This document shows positions 1-11,041 of a stretch of DNA of 64,000 bases, piece after piece; the stretch's first letter is position 1; each line of letters opens with the position of its first letter. Source of the stretch: Sphaeroforma arctica JP610 (Eukaryota); NCBI RefSeq assembly GCF_001186125.1, contig NW_014040345.1:48536-112535 (forward strand). Direction: 5' to 3'. The notes below the pieces were generated by a model that did no database searches, was not told the DNA's origin, and was given only the letters and a program-made list of their open reading frames with translations. Made by a program: the position numbers and the translations under genes.

Positions 1-2
1 TA

Positions 3-2374
3 ATTTCCATCGAAGTTTACACCGACGCGAGCAAGCCGTCCGACGCTGTGTTCCAGATCTCGGCGTATACAAGTGAGTCGGAGCAGGTGCTGTTTGCCCT
101 GGATGGCTGTGACGCCGACAGGCTGCCAGCCATTGAGCTGCGCTCGTTTGACACAGAACCCAAGCTCATTGCGGCCTTCCTGGCGTACATCCACGAAGCT
201 CGCATCAACGTCATTACCGGGTGCAACACGTTTGGCTTTGATTGGGAATATATACTCGGAAGGTGTGCCCAGTTTGGCGTGTCGACTATGGGGTCCTCGT
301 TAAATGGGGTCAGCCAGTCTTCGACGGCCAGTGTCCGGTGGTCATCGTCAGGCGCCGGTGTGGTGGACATCCAGTACCTCAAGATGCCGGGCATAATGTG
401 AACATTTTCAAGGACATGTTCAAGCGCTCGTCGTACAAGCTGGACAGCGTTGCGGCCGACTTTGTGGGTGACCACAAGGACCCCATCACCGTGTCGGACA
501 TCTTTGATGGCTACGAGACAAGCCTCGACACCAAGAGCACCCTGTACACGGATGTGGGACTGTACTGTGTGAAAGATTCGGCCCTTGTACATGTGCTGGC
601 CCACAAGGTCACAGCCCTCATCTACCTGGTGGAGCTGTCGCGCGAGTGCAGCGTGTCCATAGACACCATCCGCATTGCCGGGCAGCAGCATCGCGTGTTT
701 TCAAATATGTACCAGACATTTGCGCCCCGGGGAATTATCCTCAACTACCCTAAGGCCATGCATGTTTCGGGTCGGGACACGCTGGGTGAGTGCCAACGAT
801 CATAAGGAAAATGTGCTGGCCGAGAAAATCAAGATGGCCAAGCGCAAGATTGTCGACGATCGACGATCTGGACTTTGCGTACGAGCCTGAAGAGTTTGAC
901 GAGAACGAACTGGTGGCCGCCAAGTACGAGGGCGCCTGTGTGCTGGAGCCTGTGCCGGGCCTTTATTACAACGTGCTGCAGTACGACTTTGACTCGTTAT
1001 ACCCCAGTGTACTCATGGCCTACAACATCTGCTACAGCACGTACCTGAGCACCGAGCCGCCTCCAAACATGGTCCCGCAGATGTACCACACTGTCAAGTG
1101 GACGTCCAAGGGCGGCGATGAGAACATCCACCACTTCCTCAAGGAGCCGGAGGGCATTGTCCCCAAGCTGCTGCGCGACCTGCTGGGCGTTCGCAAAGCC
1201 GTGAAGAAGATCCTCAAGTCGACTGAGCTGTACACGGTGCAATACAACGTGCTCGACAAGCGGCAGCAGGCGCTCAAAGTGTGCGCCAACTCGATCTACG
1301 GGGTGCTTGGAGTCCAGAAGCACGGCATGCTGCCGCTCAACGAGGGGGCCAGCAGCTGCACGGCGCTTGGCCGAATGTCCCTGGGTATTGCCGTGGCCAA
1401 GTTTGAGGAGCTGGGGGCCACGGTCGTGTACGGTGACACGGACTCGTGCTATGTGACGTTCAACGGTATTGCGGCCGATAACTTTCCGGCGCTCTGGGCT
1501 CCCGCAACGGCCACTGAGAAGGCACTGGAGGCGTGCTTCCCATAAACCCTAAAAACGAGACCATTATATTTTCAAAACGAAGACCTACGTGGCCAACAAA
1601 GTGCTTGTTGAGAAGACGCCATCGGGGGTGACGGAGCTTGTTGCAGTCCCGCCGGAAAGAGATCTCATGGTCAAGGGGCTGACGAAGCGGACCACCGCGC
1701 TTGTGATGAGGGACATCTTTATGAATATGGTTATCAAAATATTCAAAAAGGTGCCCTACACAAGCCTGGTTGAGGACCTGGCGGGGCAGATCCGCCATAT
1801 CTCCCATAACACGATGCGCATCCCACCCCTGTCGTTCTGTAAGAGTGTCCAGGTCAAGGACGCCAAGCACTACAAGATCAGGCCACTCTCCGAGAACCCC
1901 GTGCTGCTGACCAAGCGGCTGCGTGATCTCGATCTACCCGAGTCGACTACGGAGGAGTGCGAGGCTTACAAGCGTACGTGCCTGCCGGGACACATCCTGG
2001 CGAGTGTCAAGATGATGGAGCGGGGGCAACAGATCAGAGCTGGTGACCGTATCGCAGTTCTTGTAGTCCGTGGGGCTCCCAAGCAGCGCCAGCAGGACCG
2101 GATTGTGGACCTTGACTATTTCCAGGAGTCCAGAAAAAATCCCGAGCTGCCACAGTTTTCAATTGACACGGACTACTACATCAATTCCATTGTCAACCCG
2201 CTGGCCGACATCTTTTCCACTGTGTACAAGGTGGACAAGGCCATGGTCAAGGAGGTGTCTATCAAGCGGGGCACATGTCCAACACTACACAAGACTCCGG
2301 AGGACAAGGCGAACGCCGTAGTGGGCAAGGACGGGCGGACCAGAGTGCTGACCCAGTCGACGCTCCAGTTTTAG
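3..2374 (+). pseudogene. polB: Family B DNA polymerase (viral PolB), frameshifted, 5' end outside window
   Basis: ExoII GCNTFGFDWEYI (48..401), SYKLDSVA and ExoIII YCVKDS (242..805). Motif A YDFDSLYPS, motif B KVCANSIYG, motif C YGDTDS (790..1545). C-terminal VKGL...DTDYYINSIVNPL (1589..2374). At least 4 frame breaks, no introns. Confidence 0.95.
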
Positions 2375-2439
2375 GATGTTGTATTTTTATTTTTACAATA
2401 AACATTTTTAATTCTATTTTCTTTTTTTATAGATATTTT

Positions 2440-3294
2440 CTAGAACTCCGTACCCACCAGCCCGTTCTTGGGCGTGTATGGTCGAAGCAGCGCAAATTGA
2501 AGTCGAAGCAGCGCAAATTGAAATTCGTCGGGTACGTTAGTAGCTGCAAAACGTGCCTCCTCAATGTGGCGGGCATCTACCGGCAAAACAAAGGACTCAT
2601 CCTCCATGTTGTGCAGCATGCACAGCTGCGACCTAGCTAGCACAATGCGCTGGATGTGTACACGACGCTTGAGACTAGTGCGGACGAAGAACTTTGAAAC
2701 GTTGTATTTTGTCGCTTTGCTCAGGCTACTTTCAGCAATTGCTGTTTCAATGAGACTGCAGCTGGCTAGGTAGAAGGACTGCAGAAACTCATCCATTTCC
2801 TTGACTATATAGAGTTGGTCGGCAAACAAATACACCACCGTGGCGACTCTGGAGGGCTCGATCGACGCAAGTTTGGCGATCTTTCGGATATAGCCATTTG
2901 CCACAGCTTGGCGACTACCCTTGATGTTCGCGGCGCGTTGCAACTCGCGCAGGGGCACGACCTCAGCATAGTTTGGTTGCAGGCTGACTAGTAGCATAGA
3001 CATGATATCTCGTTTGTGGGGCTGTGGTATTTCTAATCTCTGGTATAAAGTGTAGTCGAAGGCCGGGACAGGTGTGGCCTGGCGGACAATGAGCTCTCTC
3101 TGGCGACTCAAGGTTGACTCGTTGAACATGTCTATAAAGTGTCTGGAAAAGTAACTTGGCTCTAGTTTCGTCATCAGGTATTTATTGACAATGCGTGCAA
3201 CTAGTTCTCGTTCGCGGACACTACTGACCAGCGAGTAGCTGGTAATGTGGCTGAACTGCGCACGGAACGTATCGGGAAAGGGGAGTTGCGACAT
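2440..3294 (-). CDS. Hypothetical viral protein (284 aa), open frame with a 21-bp in-frame duplication at 2481-2522
   Basis: ATG preceded by A-rich TAAATAAATA like neighbouring viral genes; fills the space between AT-rich spacers; no recognised domain. Confidence 0.65.
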   Translation of the reverse strand: MSQLPFPDTFRAQFSHITSYSLVSSVRERELVARIVNKYLMTKLEPSYFSRHFIDMFNESTLSRQRELIVRQATPVPAFDYTLYQRLEIPQPHKRDIMSMLLVSLQPNYAEVVPLRELQRAANIKGSRQAVANGYIRKIAKLASIEPSRVATVVYLFADQLYIVKEMDEFLQSFYLASCSLIETAIAESSLSKATKYNVSKFFVRTSLKRRVHIQRIVLARSQLCMLHNMEDESFVLPVDARHIEEARFAATNVPDEFQFALLRLQFALLRPYTPKNGLVGTEF

Positions 3295-3349
3295 TATTTA
3301 TTTATTAAAATCATCGTATGCAAAGTCAAACACTAATGAAAAAGGAAAA

Positions 3350-5401
3350 TCAGTTTTTCGCGTCTACCGGCATATTGTCCGTCTTATCATCCAGTATCGC
3401 GTCGAGCGAGTTCTTCTGGGCCATGTGCTCAAAGAAGCCCGAGGCACACCCATCATGCACATAGTACTCCTGCGACTCAAGGCTTGCTGTGTACAGGCGG
3501 TACTTGACAAACTCGTTGCCGACCAGAATGTCATTCATGATGGTGGTCTCAATGATGCGCTCCTTCGTCACGTCGCCCCGGACGTACAGGTTCACCGCTA
3601 TGTGCTTGGCGTGGTCAATGACTGGGATCGCCATCTTAACCACGTAGCGCTCGTCCTCAAAGCGAAGCCGAAGTGGACTGGTCATGTTGAACGTCTCAAA
3701 GAAGGTGCGTATGCGTTTCCAGCTCACATGTGTCACAACCCGCTCCAAAATGGGTACCTGGTTGGCGTAGTGGATAAACTAGTGGGAGCTCAGGACCAGT
3801 GCGCACACAAAGGCCTTCTTGGACATGATCATGGTTAGCAGGGGGCCCGCCCGTGGACGGATTAGTTCCCAGGCCTCCAGCCACTTCTGGTTCATGGACG
3901 AGTTGGCGCTGCCATTTATGAGCACCGACATCACATTGCCCATCCCCATGCCGGACTTGTACGAGTGCGCGCGACTTGCATACGTGGCATCCAGCATCAG
4001 CATAATGGCCATATCCTTTAGGGTTTTACGTTGTTACCCGCCATAATGTCCTCGGCCCACATGTTGACCCTCTTGGACCTTGCTGTGACCACATCAGAGA
4101 GCTGGATGAACTTGAAGAGGCTGATGCAAAACTCAATGTCTTCCCCCAGCAGCTGTGCGGCCTGTGTGATGAGCTTGGGGCGCGGGGGCCCGTCCGTGTC
4201 TTTGCCACGGTTACACAGCTCCTCACTGGCCGGGCGGAGATCTAGTGTTGGAGGCCAGCATGTTGCACAGCATTGCATCGCGATTTAGGTACGGGATAAT
4301 GGCCTGCTTGGTGTTGTGTAGCATGATGATCCTGTTCTTGGTGCGCGTGAGCCCCACATGGTGGGTATTGGGCACCTTGAGCGGATCGGCGTCGCCTAAA
4401 CCCTAAAACCCCTAAAATCGGTCCTCGTCCTCGTCGTCCTCGTTGCGGACTGTCATGTCGTCGGACGGCACGTCAATGGGAAACTTAAAGTCTGGTGACC
4501 GCACCAGGTAGCTGATAAAGGTGGAGATGGGCGAGGGCCGGGGGCTGTTGTGCTTGAACGAATGGGCTGTGTGTCGGTCACTGCCGTTGTAGACGCAGCG
4601 CAGCTGCAATGGTTAGCTTGAGGTCCCTGTAGAGGTCCTGCTCGGGGTACGTGGCGTCGCCGTACACAACGTACTCGGGCAACTTGGTGTTGCCAGTCCC
4701 GGTTATAACGTTGGGGCTCTGGGTACTGGTGTTGATGAACTTGCACACGCCGTCTGGGACCCGAAATCTCGTTGAGAGCATGAGGTGGGTCCAGGGCTCG
4801 TTAAAGTACAGCTCGGGCTGGCAAAAGTACGTGTCTGAGGCCCCAGTTGATGGTCTGCAGCGAGTCGCCCACCAGAACCTTCTGGGTGTGCCCGGTCTGG
4901 CCACCGGCAACGGAGCGTAGGGCGTAAAAGTACAGGGGGGAGAGGTCCTGGGCCTCGTCAACAATGACCACGTCGTAGTGGATGTCGAGGGGGTCCTCAA
5001 TAGCCACCATGAGCTGGAGGTCAGTGACAACCGAATACAGCGAGTGGAAGATATGGACGTCCACCGCAAGCCGCCGCCGCCCTCTTGCGCGTGTCCGTTT
5101 TGAGCCACGATGAGTAGGCTAGAATGAGGATCCTTTTTCCTATGGCCTCGCGACTGAGGCGGTCAACGATGGCCAGCATGGTGAAGGTCTTGCCCGCACC
5201 GGCACAGGCCATGAGGGTGACTTTGTCGCCGCGGGCAACGGCATCTATGGCCATCTGCTGCTCGGCGGTCGGGGCTCGGAGGCCGTGTCCGTGGGGTGTG
5301 GGTTGGTGGGAGGGTGCGGGTGTGCGTGTGAGGTTGGGTCGGGGGGCAAGTGTGATGGGTGTGTTATCCACGGGCATGACTGGTTGAGTAGCAATCAACA
5401 T
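3350..5401 (-). pseudogene. SF1 (UvrD/REP-like) helicase, multiply frameshifted
   Basis: Walker A ACAGAGKT, ILAYS, FHS, Walker B IVDEAQD, motif III VGDSLQTI, LSTRFR. Motif VI-like HHVGLTRTKN read at ~4335-4375. Downstream fragments (4018..4278, 3779..4012, 3350..3748) are inferred to be its C-terminal extension. Confidence 0.85.
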
Positions 5402-5536
5402 GGTTGTGTGCTGTAGCTGTGTGTTGTTTGTAATGTAGATGTGCACATGTAAACTGAATTGTGGGCCTTGCAAACACGCATGTATATTGAAAATTCAATT
5501 ATTCATTTTATTTTTATATTTTTGAATGCTCATAGA

Positions 5537-6920
5537 CTAGGACTGGCTGATCGACCCTTGGACGATTTTTGGTTTGTTTTGGAGTTTCTCGTCCAGCAGC
5601 CCATGGTAGTATACCTCGTAGTTCCCGCGCTGCATATCCGCATACGTCACCTTGGCCACATACTCTGTGTTGGGCTTGGTCTTGTCTGGGCGCAGCTTGA
5701 CAAACTCAAACTGCCCAGCCTCGTACCTATACTCGGCAATGCAGTCCTTCGTAAACCGCGCGTGGAACGGCACCCGCTTGTCTTCAAATGGCACCAGGCC
5801 ATCGCGGGTCCCAACTATCAGCACAGAGTGCTTCTCCCTATCGGGCAGCGCCTCCACTGGCCTCACCCGAAAGTCTATAGACTGCAGCTTCTGTGGCTTG
5901 AACTTGATCACCCCGCCGGCGTACACGCTCGCCAGCTTGAAGCACACCCCGTCGTGCACTGCGAGGTCCAGCCCCCCAAACAGCTCCCTGTACATGCCCC
6001 CTGGGTATGTCTGGATGATCTGCAGCCTGTACTTGTCCACGGCCACGGTACCGTCGGGACCCAGCATCGTCTGCAGCATTGCGCGGCGGGCCGCAAAGGG
6101 CTTCTCAATCCACACCTCATTGTGCACCATCACCAGGTCCAGCACGTGCACAACGTCTCCACACACCTCGCAGTCCAGCACCGTGGCCCTGCTAGGCCTA
6201 CGAACCGCTGTGACGCCTCGCCAATGGGCACCACCTCGCCCGTGATGTACACCAAGTACGCGAGGTCACCACACCACCAGCAGGGCGCGCGACCCGTCGT
6301 ACTTGTACATGACCACTGAGTCGGGGGCAATGGGGGTTGTTGGCAACAGCGTGCCCGCCTGTGCGATGGGGAAAGTCAGCTTGCCCATGATGCGCATCGC
6401 CAACAGCTCACCGTAGATGGTCTGTGACCACACACGGTCCGGGATCAGCACCTCGCGTACAAACGTATTGACGCTGGGCACAAACTCGTCGTCCTGGAAC
6501 CCAAACTCGGACATTGCAACGCCGCCCTCGAGCTCAATCTCTATCATGTACATCTTGAACCCCGCCGTCATGGTATCCACAAACTCGACGGTGTACGTCG
6601 CCGGCCCCGCGGACAGCTTGACACCTGAAAAATTGGTGGTGGTCTTGATGCGACTCACACCGACAAGTTCATCCTCTCCAACTGATTCACTGGGGGTCTT
6701 TGATGAGACGTAGTACGCCCAGTGGGCAAACCTAAACAGCGCAAGTGTGCGCTTGCACTCCCAGACTGTGTTGTTGTCGTCAAACGACGTCACTGAGCGC
6801 AGCCCATCTTTAGAACCATTGTGCATCGTCTGCGTGAGCCGCTTCTCGTACACGGGTGGCCCATTGAGATGGCGCATGCGATACATGCACACGGGCCTCA
6901 ATCTCAATTTTCTCGGACAT
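5537..6920 (-). pseudogene. mRNA capping enzyme: TTM-type RNA triphosphatase + guanylyltransferase, frameshifted
   Basis: Start MSEKIEIEAR (6920; ExExR) and YMIEIELE (triphosphate-tunnel motifs). GTase motifs I KYDG, III LDCE, IIIa VLDL, IV HDGVCF, V KFKP..SIDF and VI RPDK..PN spread over three frames. Confidence 0.88.
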
Positions 6921-7009
6921 GGCGGTTGCGTTAATCTTTTTTTGTTGTTGCATTTGTATATACATATATACGTGTATACAAATGATAGCTTTTCGTTTTT
7001 TTTCTTCTT

Positions 7010-7710
7010 CTATACAAGCGTGGTCTCAAGGTTGTTGGTACTGTATCCACACTGCACGGTAAACGACAGGGGGTACGCGGTGTTGTACTCGGCCACCGTC
7101 ATGGGCTTGTGGGCTGCCTGTCCTGGCGTATGACCCCAGAAGAAAGGGAAGAATACATAGAACGGGAATATGGTAATGTGCGAAAATATGCTGTACAGTA
7201 CATGGTCAAACATTAGCGGCCCAGTCCTCTCAAATGGATGAGCCGTAGGGCACCCCCAGAAGAACATAGGTTGCAGCTTCAGCAGCGTGTAGGTGATCAG
7301 GTTGCCGCGCGAGCTCCCAATCACACTATTTGCGAGCCCCCGGGCATTCTCCTTCTCTTGTCCTACAAAAGGCCTGTGCGGTTGCACGCTGTAATGATGG
7401 ACCCAAAGTCCTTGCCCAGATCCACCATGTCGCTGTCAATGTAGATGCCGCCATACTTGTACAAGATCTCAAGCCGCGCAACGTCTGCCTTACCACAGTA
7501 CTGTGGTTCAGCGTCAAATACTGCACTGTTCTCCGTTAGCACACTGCGGATATTGTTGTTGTCCCAGAGCATGTACTCGAACCCGTTTGCCGCACACCAG
7601 GTCCTAAACGTCGCCATCCACCCAAGCACAGCTGCTGGTGCCTCTTTTCCATGTTGCACACGGGCATTTTGTGCCAGCCCGTTGATGCGGTCCACAAGGT
7701 CCGAATGCAT
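7010..7710 (-). pseudogene. GT32 / DXD-motif glycosyltransferase, one frameshift near 7370
   Basis: ADVARLEILYKYGGIYIDSD signature (7363..7710), continuing into LANSVIGS in 7010..7387. Confidence 0.85.
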
Positions 7711-7751
7711 TTTTTTTTTGTGATTTATTGAATGTTCTATTTTATTTTATT

Positions 7752-8481
7752 TTAAAATGAGTACCGTTTATTCTTCTTATTATCCATGACCATAAAGGCT
7801 ACTACACCCAATACGACCAACACAGCAACTCCAACACCCCCAATAAGAAGCCAGTTTGTCTCTGGCTCCTCTTCTTCCTCCACTGAGGCAACTGCAATTG
7901 CTTCCACCACTTCGCCACTGACACCCTCGTCGTCCTCCTCCTCCTCAACAACCTCTTCCTCTACTACCTCTTCTGTTGCAACCGTGTTGTTGGCGATAAA
8001 GGCGTTCAGACCACTTCCACTGGTCACAATCCTGAACCGGAATTTGTCCACAACGACACCACCCGTAATATCGTCTGGTACAAACGTCTGGTTAGAATCC
8101 TTGGTCGCAAATTTCACGCCGTCGTCCGTCTTTATTCGGACGACGGACTCATTTGTATCACTGGACACTGGGGTCACTGTGAAGACGGTTTTCGTTGAGC
8201 TATCCGATGACACAACCACAATCCCCTGCTGAAAGTATATATACCCACCGTTGATACTCATGGTGTACTTGTTGGGCTTGTCACTGACAGGGTCGAACCG
8301 TATGTCGACTCCATTGGTACCGTACCCCAGACGACCCCAGACGCTGGGGTGTTGCCGAGAGTGAACTGACGTTCATGGCACCCTTGTTCAGCTGTAGATC
8401 GATGCGGCCCACGGCTTTATCCAACACGCTGAGTTGCTTCTCAAGACCCGTGTTGAGTAGGGCATAGTCTATCGTGCTCAT
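7752..8481 (-). pseudogene. Membrane protein with acidic stalk and C-terminal TM helix; probably one gene split into 8281..8481 and 7752..8261
   Basis: E/V-rich acidic tract, hydrophobic WLLIGGVGVAVLVVLGVVAFMVM, basic tail. The fusion of the two ORFs is inferred. Confidence 0.55.
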
Positions 8482-8606
8482 GACGGTTTACACACAGATG
8501 GTTTATATAGACTTGGAAAAAATGGGTTTTTTATTAAATAGATTAAAAATTCGAACAGACCTTGCAAGTTTTTGTTTTTTTTCTTCAAGTTCTAAACGGC
8601 TAATGT

Positions 8607-8822
8607 ATGAATAAAATGAACAAAAAATCCGCAAAGCGTAGCACCAAGGTCATCCAAAGGGAGATTGATGACCGCGTAATCGAGATCCAGGCGCCAACGT
8701 CCTCCATCAACTGGTCACTCGTGTTTGCACTCGCTGTCCTGGGGCTCTCTTCGATCCTCGCCATGGTTGCGTATACCAGGCGAATCCCAAATATCAACAG
8801 TCAAAAATCACGCCCATCGTAA
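8607..8822 (+). CDS. Small single-TM hypothetical viral protein (71 aa)
   Basis: ATG after AT-rich spacer; one hydrophobic segment WSLVFALAVLGLSSILAMVAY. Confidence 0.45.
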   Translation: MNKMNKKSAKRSTKVIQREIDDRVIEIQAPTSSINWSLVFALAVLGLSSILAMVAYTRRIPNINSQKSRPS

Positions 8823-10247
8823 AAGCTCGACGTTATGTTTTGGATTATACCTCATGTAGTGAGATTCCCAGAAAGAGTGAGACCCAAGCTTAAAAGACGA
8901 CGGGTACGGCTTGGCCCTGTAGTAAAACAGCCGATTCCTCCAGTTGTTGCCGTAAACATTGCGATCTCCAACGAGGGCCATGAATGGAGTCGCAGTGACA
9001 ATATTGAAGATTTCGATGAACAGTTTTTTAGATGGCACAAAGCTAAAGAACTCATCGTAGAGTCGATCGCGTTCGGATACTGGGTCCGTACCCATCGTGA
9101 TGATGGCATTCATAGATTTGCGCACCTCTGGTGTCACATTCGTATACTGCTGCCCACACAGAAGTATAAAGATCGAGTAGTGGCGAGAGTTGTTGAATAC
9201 TGCCGATAGCTTGTTAAGCTGCGAGCGGTAGCCACTAATATCGTCCATTACCATGGCCATGTTGCTGCGGGTGTGTAACTCACCACCAATATGATTTTCC
9301 CGCTTAACAACATTATACTGCTTCTGGGTATTTGCGACGCTCTGGATGGTTTCGGCCGTCACCTCATCTGTCACATAGTGGAACGCTTCTGGGATGATGG
9401 GGGCCCAATCGTTAGATACAGCGGACTTATTCCCGGTAAACAGCACTGTAGAGTCAAACATGCCCCGCTTTTCATACAGCAGCGACTTTAAATTGTCGAG
9501 TTGTGGGTCACCGTGTCGTCGGCGAAGCAGTAAAGGCCGTCTATAGACACCTCCACCCCGACATACGGCTCCGCAGCAGAGATGTTCTTAGTCACACGAA
9601 CATATCCACCAATGCCACTGTCTGGTGCACGGGCATACTGAATAGTGCCGTCCGAACACGTTTTACAGGCATAGCCGTCGTGGTAGCTGAGAACGGTGGA
9701 TGTTGTGGACTCTCATGGTTGCGTGATTGATACGACAATGAATAAACGTTGTCGTCAGCACATCAAACGTTGAAGGATCAAGTCGGCTGTAGGCACGACA
9801 GTTGGATACCCTTCATACAACCCGTAGGTAGGTACATCGAGGTGTGAGAAGTACACTTTCCGCTGTGCACACGACAATCGACTCGGTTTTGACATTGTAG
9901 AGCACGAGCTTGTGGTCCCCCGTAACCACATATGGATCACTGTCAGCCTGGTGGATCGTGTACATCTGATCGATACCGCGGACCTTGTTGAGGACCCGGC
10001 GTGGGCGGATGTCAGGACACAGGAGCAGGTCCCCAACAACCACCTTGTCAATCCGTTGAAGAACCCCTGAGCACATCTTGACGAGAGTGTCGGGCGCCAT
10101 GCACTTACCAAGGCCACTGCGCCCACATACGAGGACCTTGGACCCGTCCATGGACTCTTCGTCACCCCGTTTCCAGGGACTAATACTGTCGGGATTCCAT
10201 TCTTTGAGATGAAGTTTGTCCAGTGTTGTATCGGTGGTTTTGGACAT
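8808..10247 (-). pseudogene. A32-like virion packaging ATPase interrupted by an intein
   Basis: N-extein KLHLKEWNPDSISP...VLVCGRSGLGK. C-extein S-T-I then (frameshift) KSLLYEKRGMFD. Walker B MVMDD, A32 motif NSRHYSIFILLCGQ, C-terminal LFYYRAK..FKLGSHSFW. Confidence 0.92.
9500..10103 (-). mobile_element. Mini-intein (Hint domain) in the Walker A of the A32 ATPase, internally degraded
   Basis: Block A CMAPDTLVKM begins right after GK (10103). Block B YVVTGDHKLVL. Blocks F/G YVGVEV..DGLYCFADDTVTHN end at 9500, followed by Ser+1. 604 nt, internal frameshift/stop, no LAGLIDADG seen. Confidence 0.92.
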
Positions 10248-10360
10248 CGTGTGTGTATGTGTGTCTTTTTGTTTCTGTTCCACCTCGACTATAACGTATG
10301 TTACACACCTAAACTTGGTTTTTTATATATTTTGCTTTTGAATATAATAAACTGTCAACT

Positions 10361-11041
10361 ATGGGGGGTAATATATCAAAGAGTTTTCGCGAGCAGACAA
10401 TGACCATGGTGAGCGATGTGTTTGTGTCCGCATCTACAGACATATCGAACCAGACAAGCAGCAACAACATCTCCCTGCAGACTATAATCTTTAATGGCAC
10501 GTATGGCGGCAACTTTACCTCGTCACAGACGTCAGACATTACCTCCAAGACGGTGCAGGTGGTTGTCAACAGCACGTCGAACGAGGTCACGAGCGCCATA
10601 GAGAACATGCTGATTGACTGGTTCGAGCAGAATCTGGATCAAACCCAGGATGGACTGACAACGTCCAAGAACAAGTCGGAAGTCGTGGACATTGTGAGGC
10701 AGTCCGTCCACTCCAACATTGACGCCGTCTTCAAGACCAGGGTCGACAACACACTAAAGTCTACCAACTCGTCCACACAGTCTTACAGTTTTGTGGGTAA
10801 GGTGGAGGGCGACTGCCAAATGGACCAGACGTCAATCATTGACTCCTTGTCTGAGCAGTTTGCCACGACACTTGTGCAGAATGTGCTGGACTTGCTGGGG
10901 GTCATCACAACCGACAAGGAGTCCACCCTGAACACGTCCCAGGAGAACACCGGCTCGTTTAGCACAACCATGCTTATCATGCTGGCCATTATTGCGGTTG
11001 CGATCCTGGCCATTGTCATTATATTTAAATTCAAGAAATAG
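10361..11041 (+). CDS. Myristoylated membrane protein (poxvirus L1R/F9L-like NCLDV family), intact 226 aa
   Basis: MGGNISKS N-myristoylation motif, S/T/N/Q-rich body, C-terminal TM (MLIMLAIIAVAILAIVIIF) plus KFKK; adjacent to A32. Confidence 0.75.
   Translation: MGGNISKSFREQTMTMVSDVFVSASTDISNQTSSNNISLQTIIFNGTYGGNFTSSQTSDITSKTVQVVVNSTSNEVTSAIENMLIDWFEQNLDQTQDGLTTSKNKSEVVDIVRQSVHSNIDAVFKTRVDNTLKSTNSSTQSYSFVGKVEGDCQMDQTSIIDSLSEQFATTLVQNVLDLLGVITTDKESTLNTSQENTGSFSTTMLIMLAIIAVAILAIVIIFKFKK

Noticed and set aside
3..2374. Host DNA polymerase delta
   Set aside because: Intronless, no C-terminal Cys clusters, embedded among NCLDV genes.
9600..9900. Homing endonuclease within the intein
   Set aside because: Interval too short and no LAGLIDADG or HNH motif recognised.
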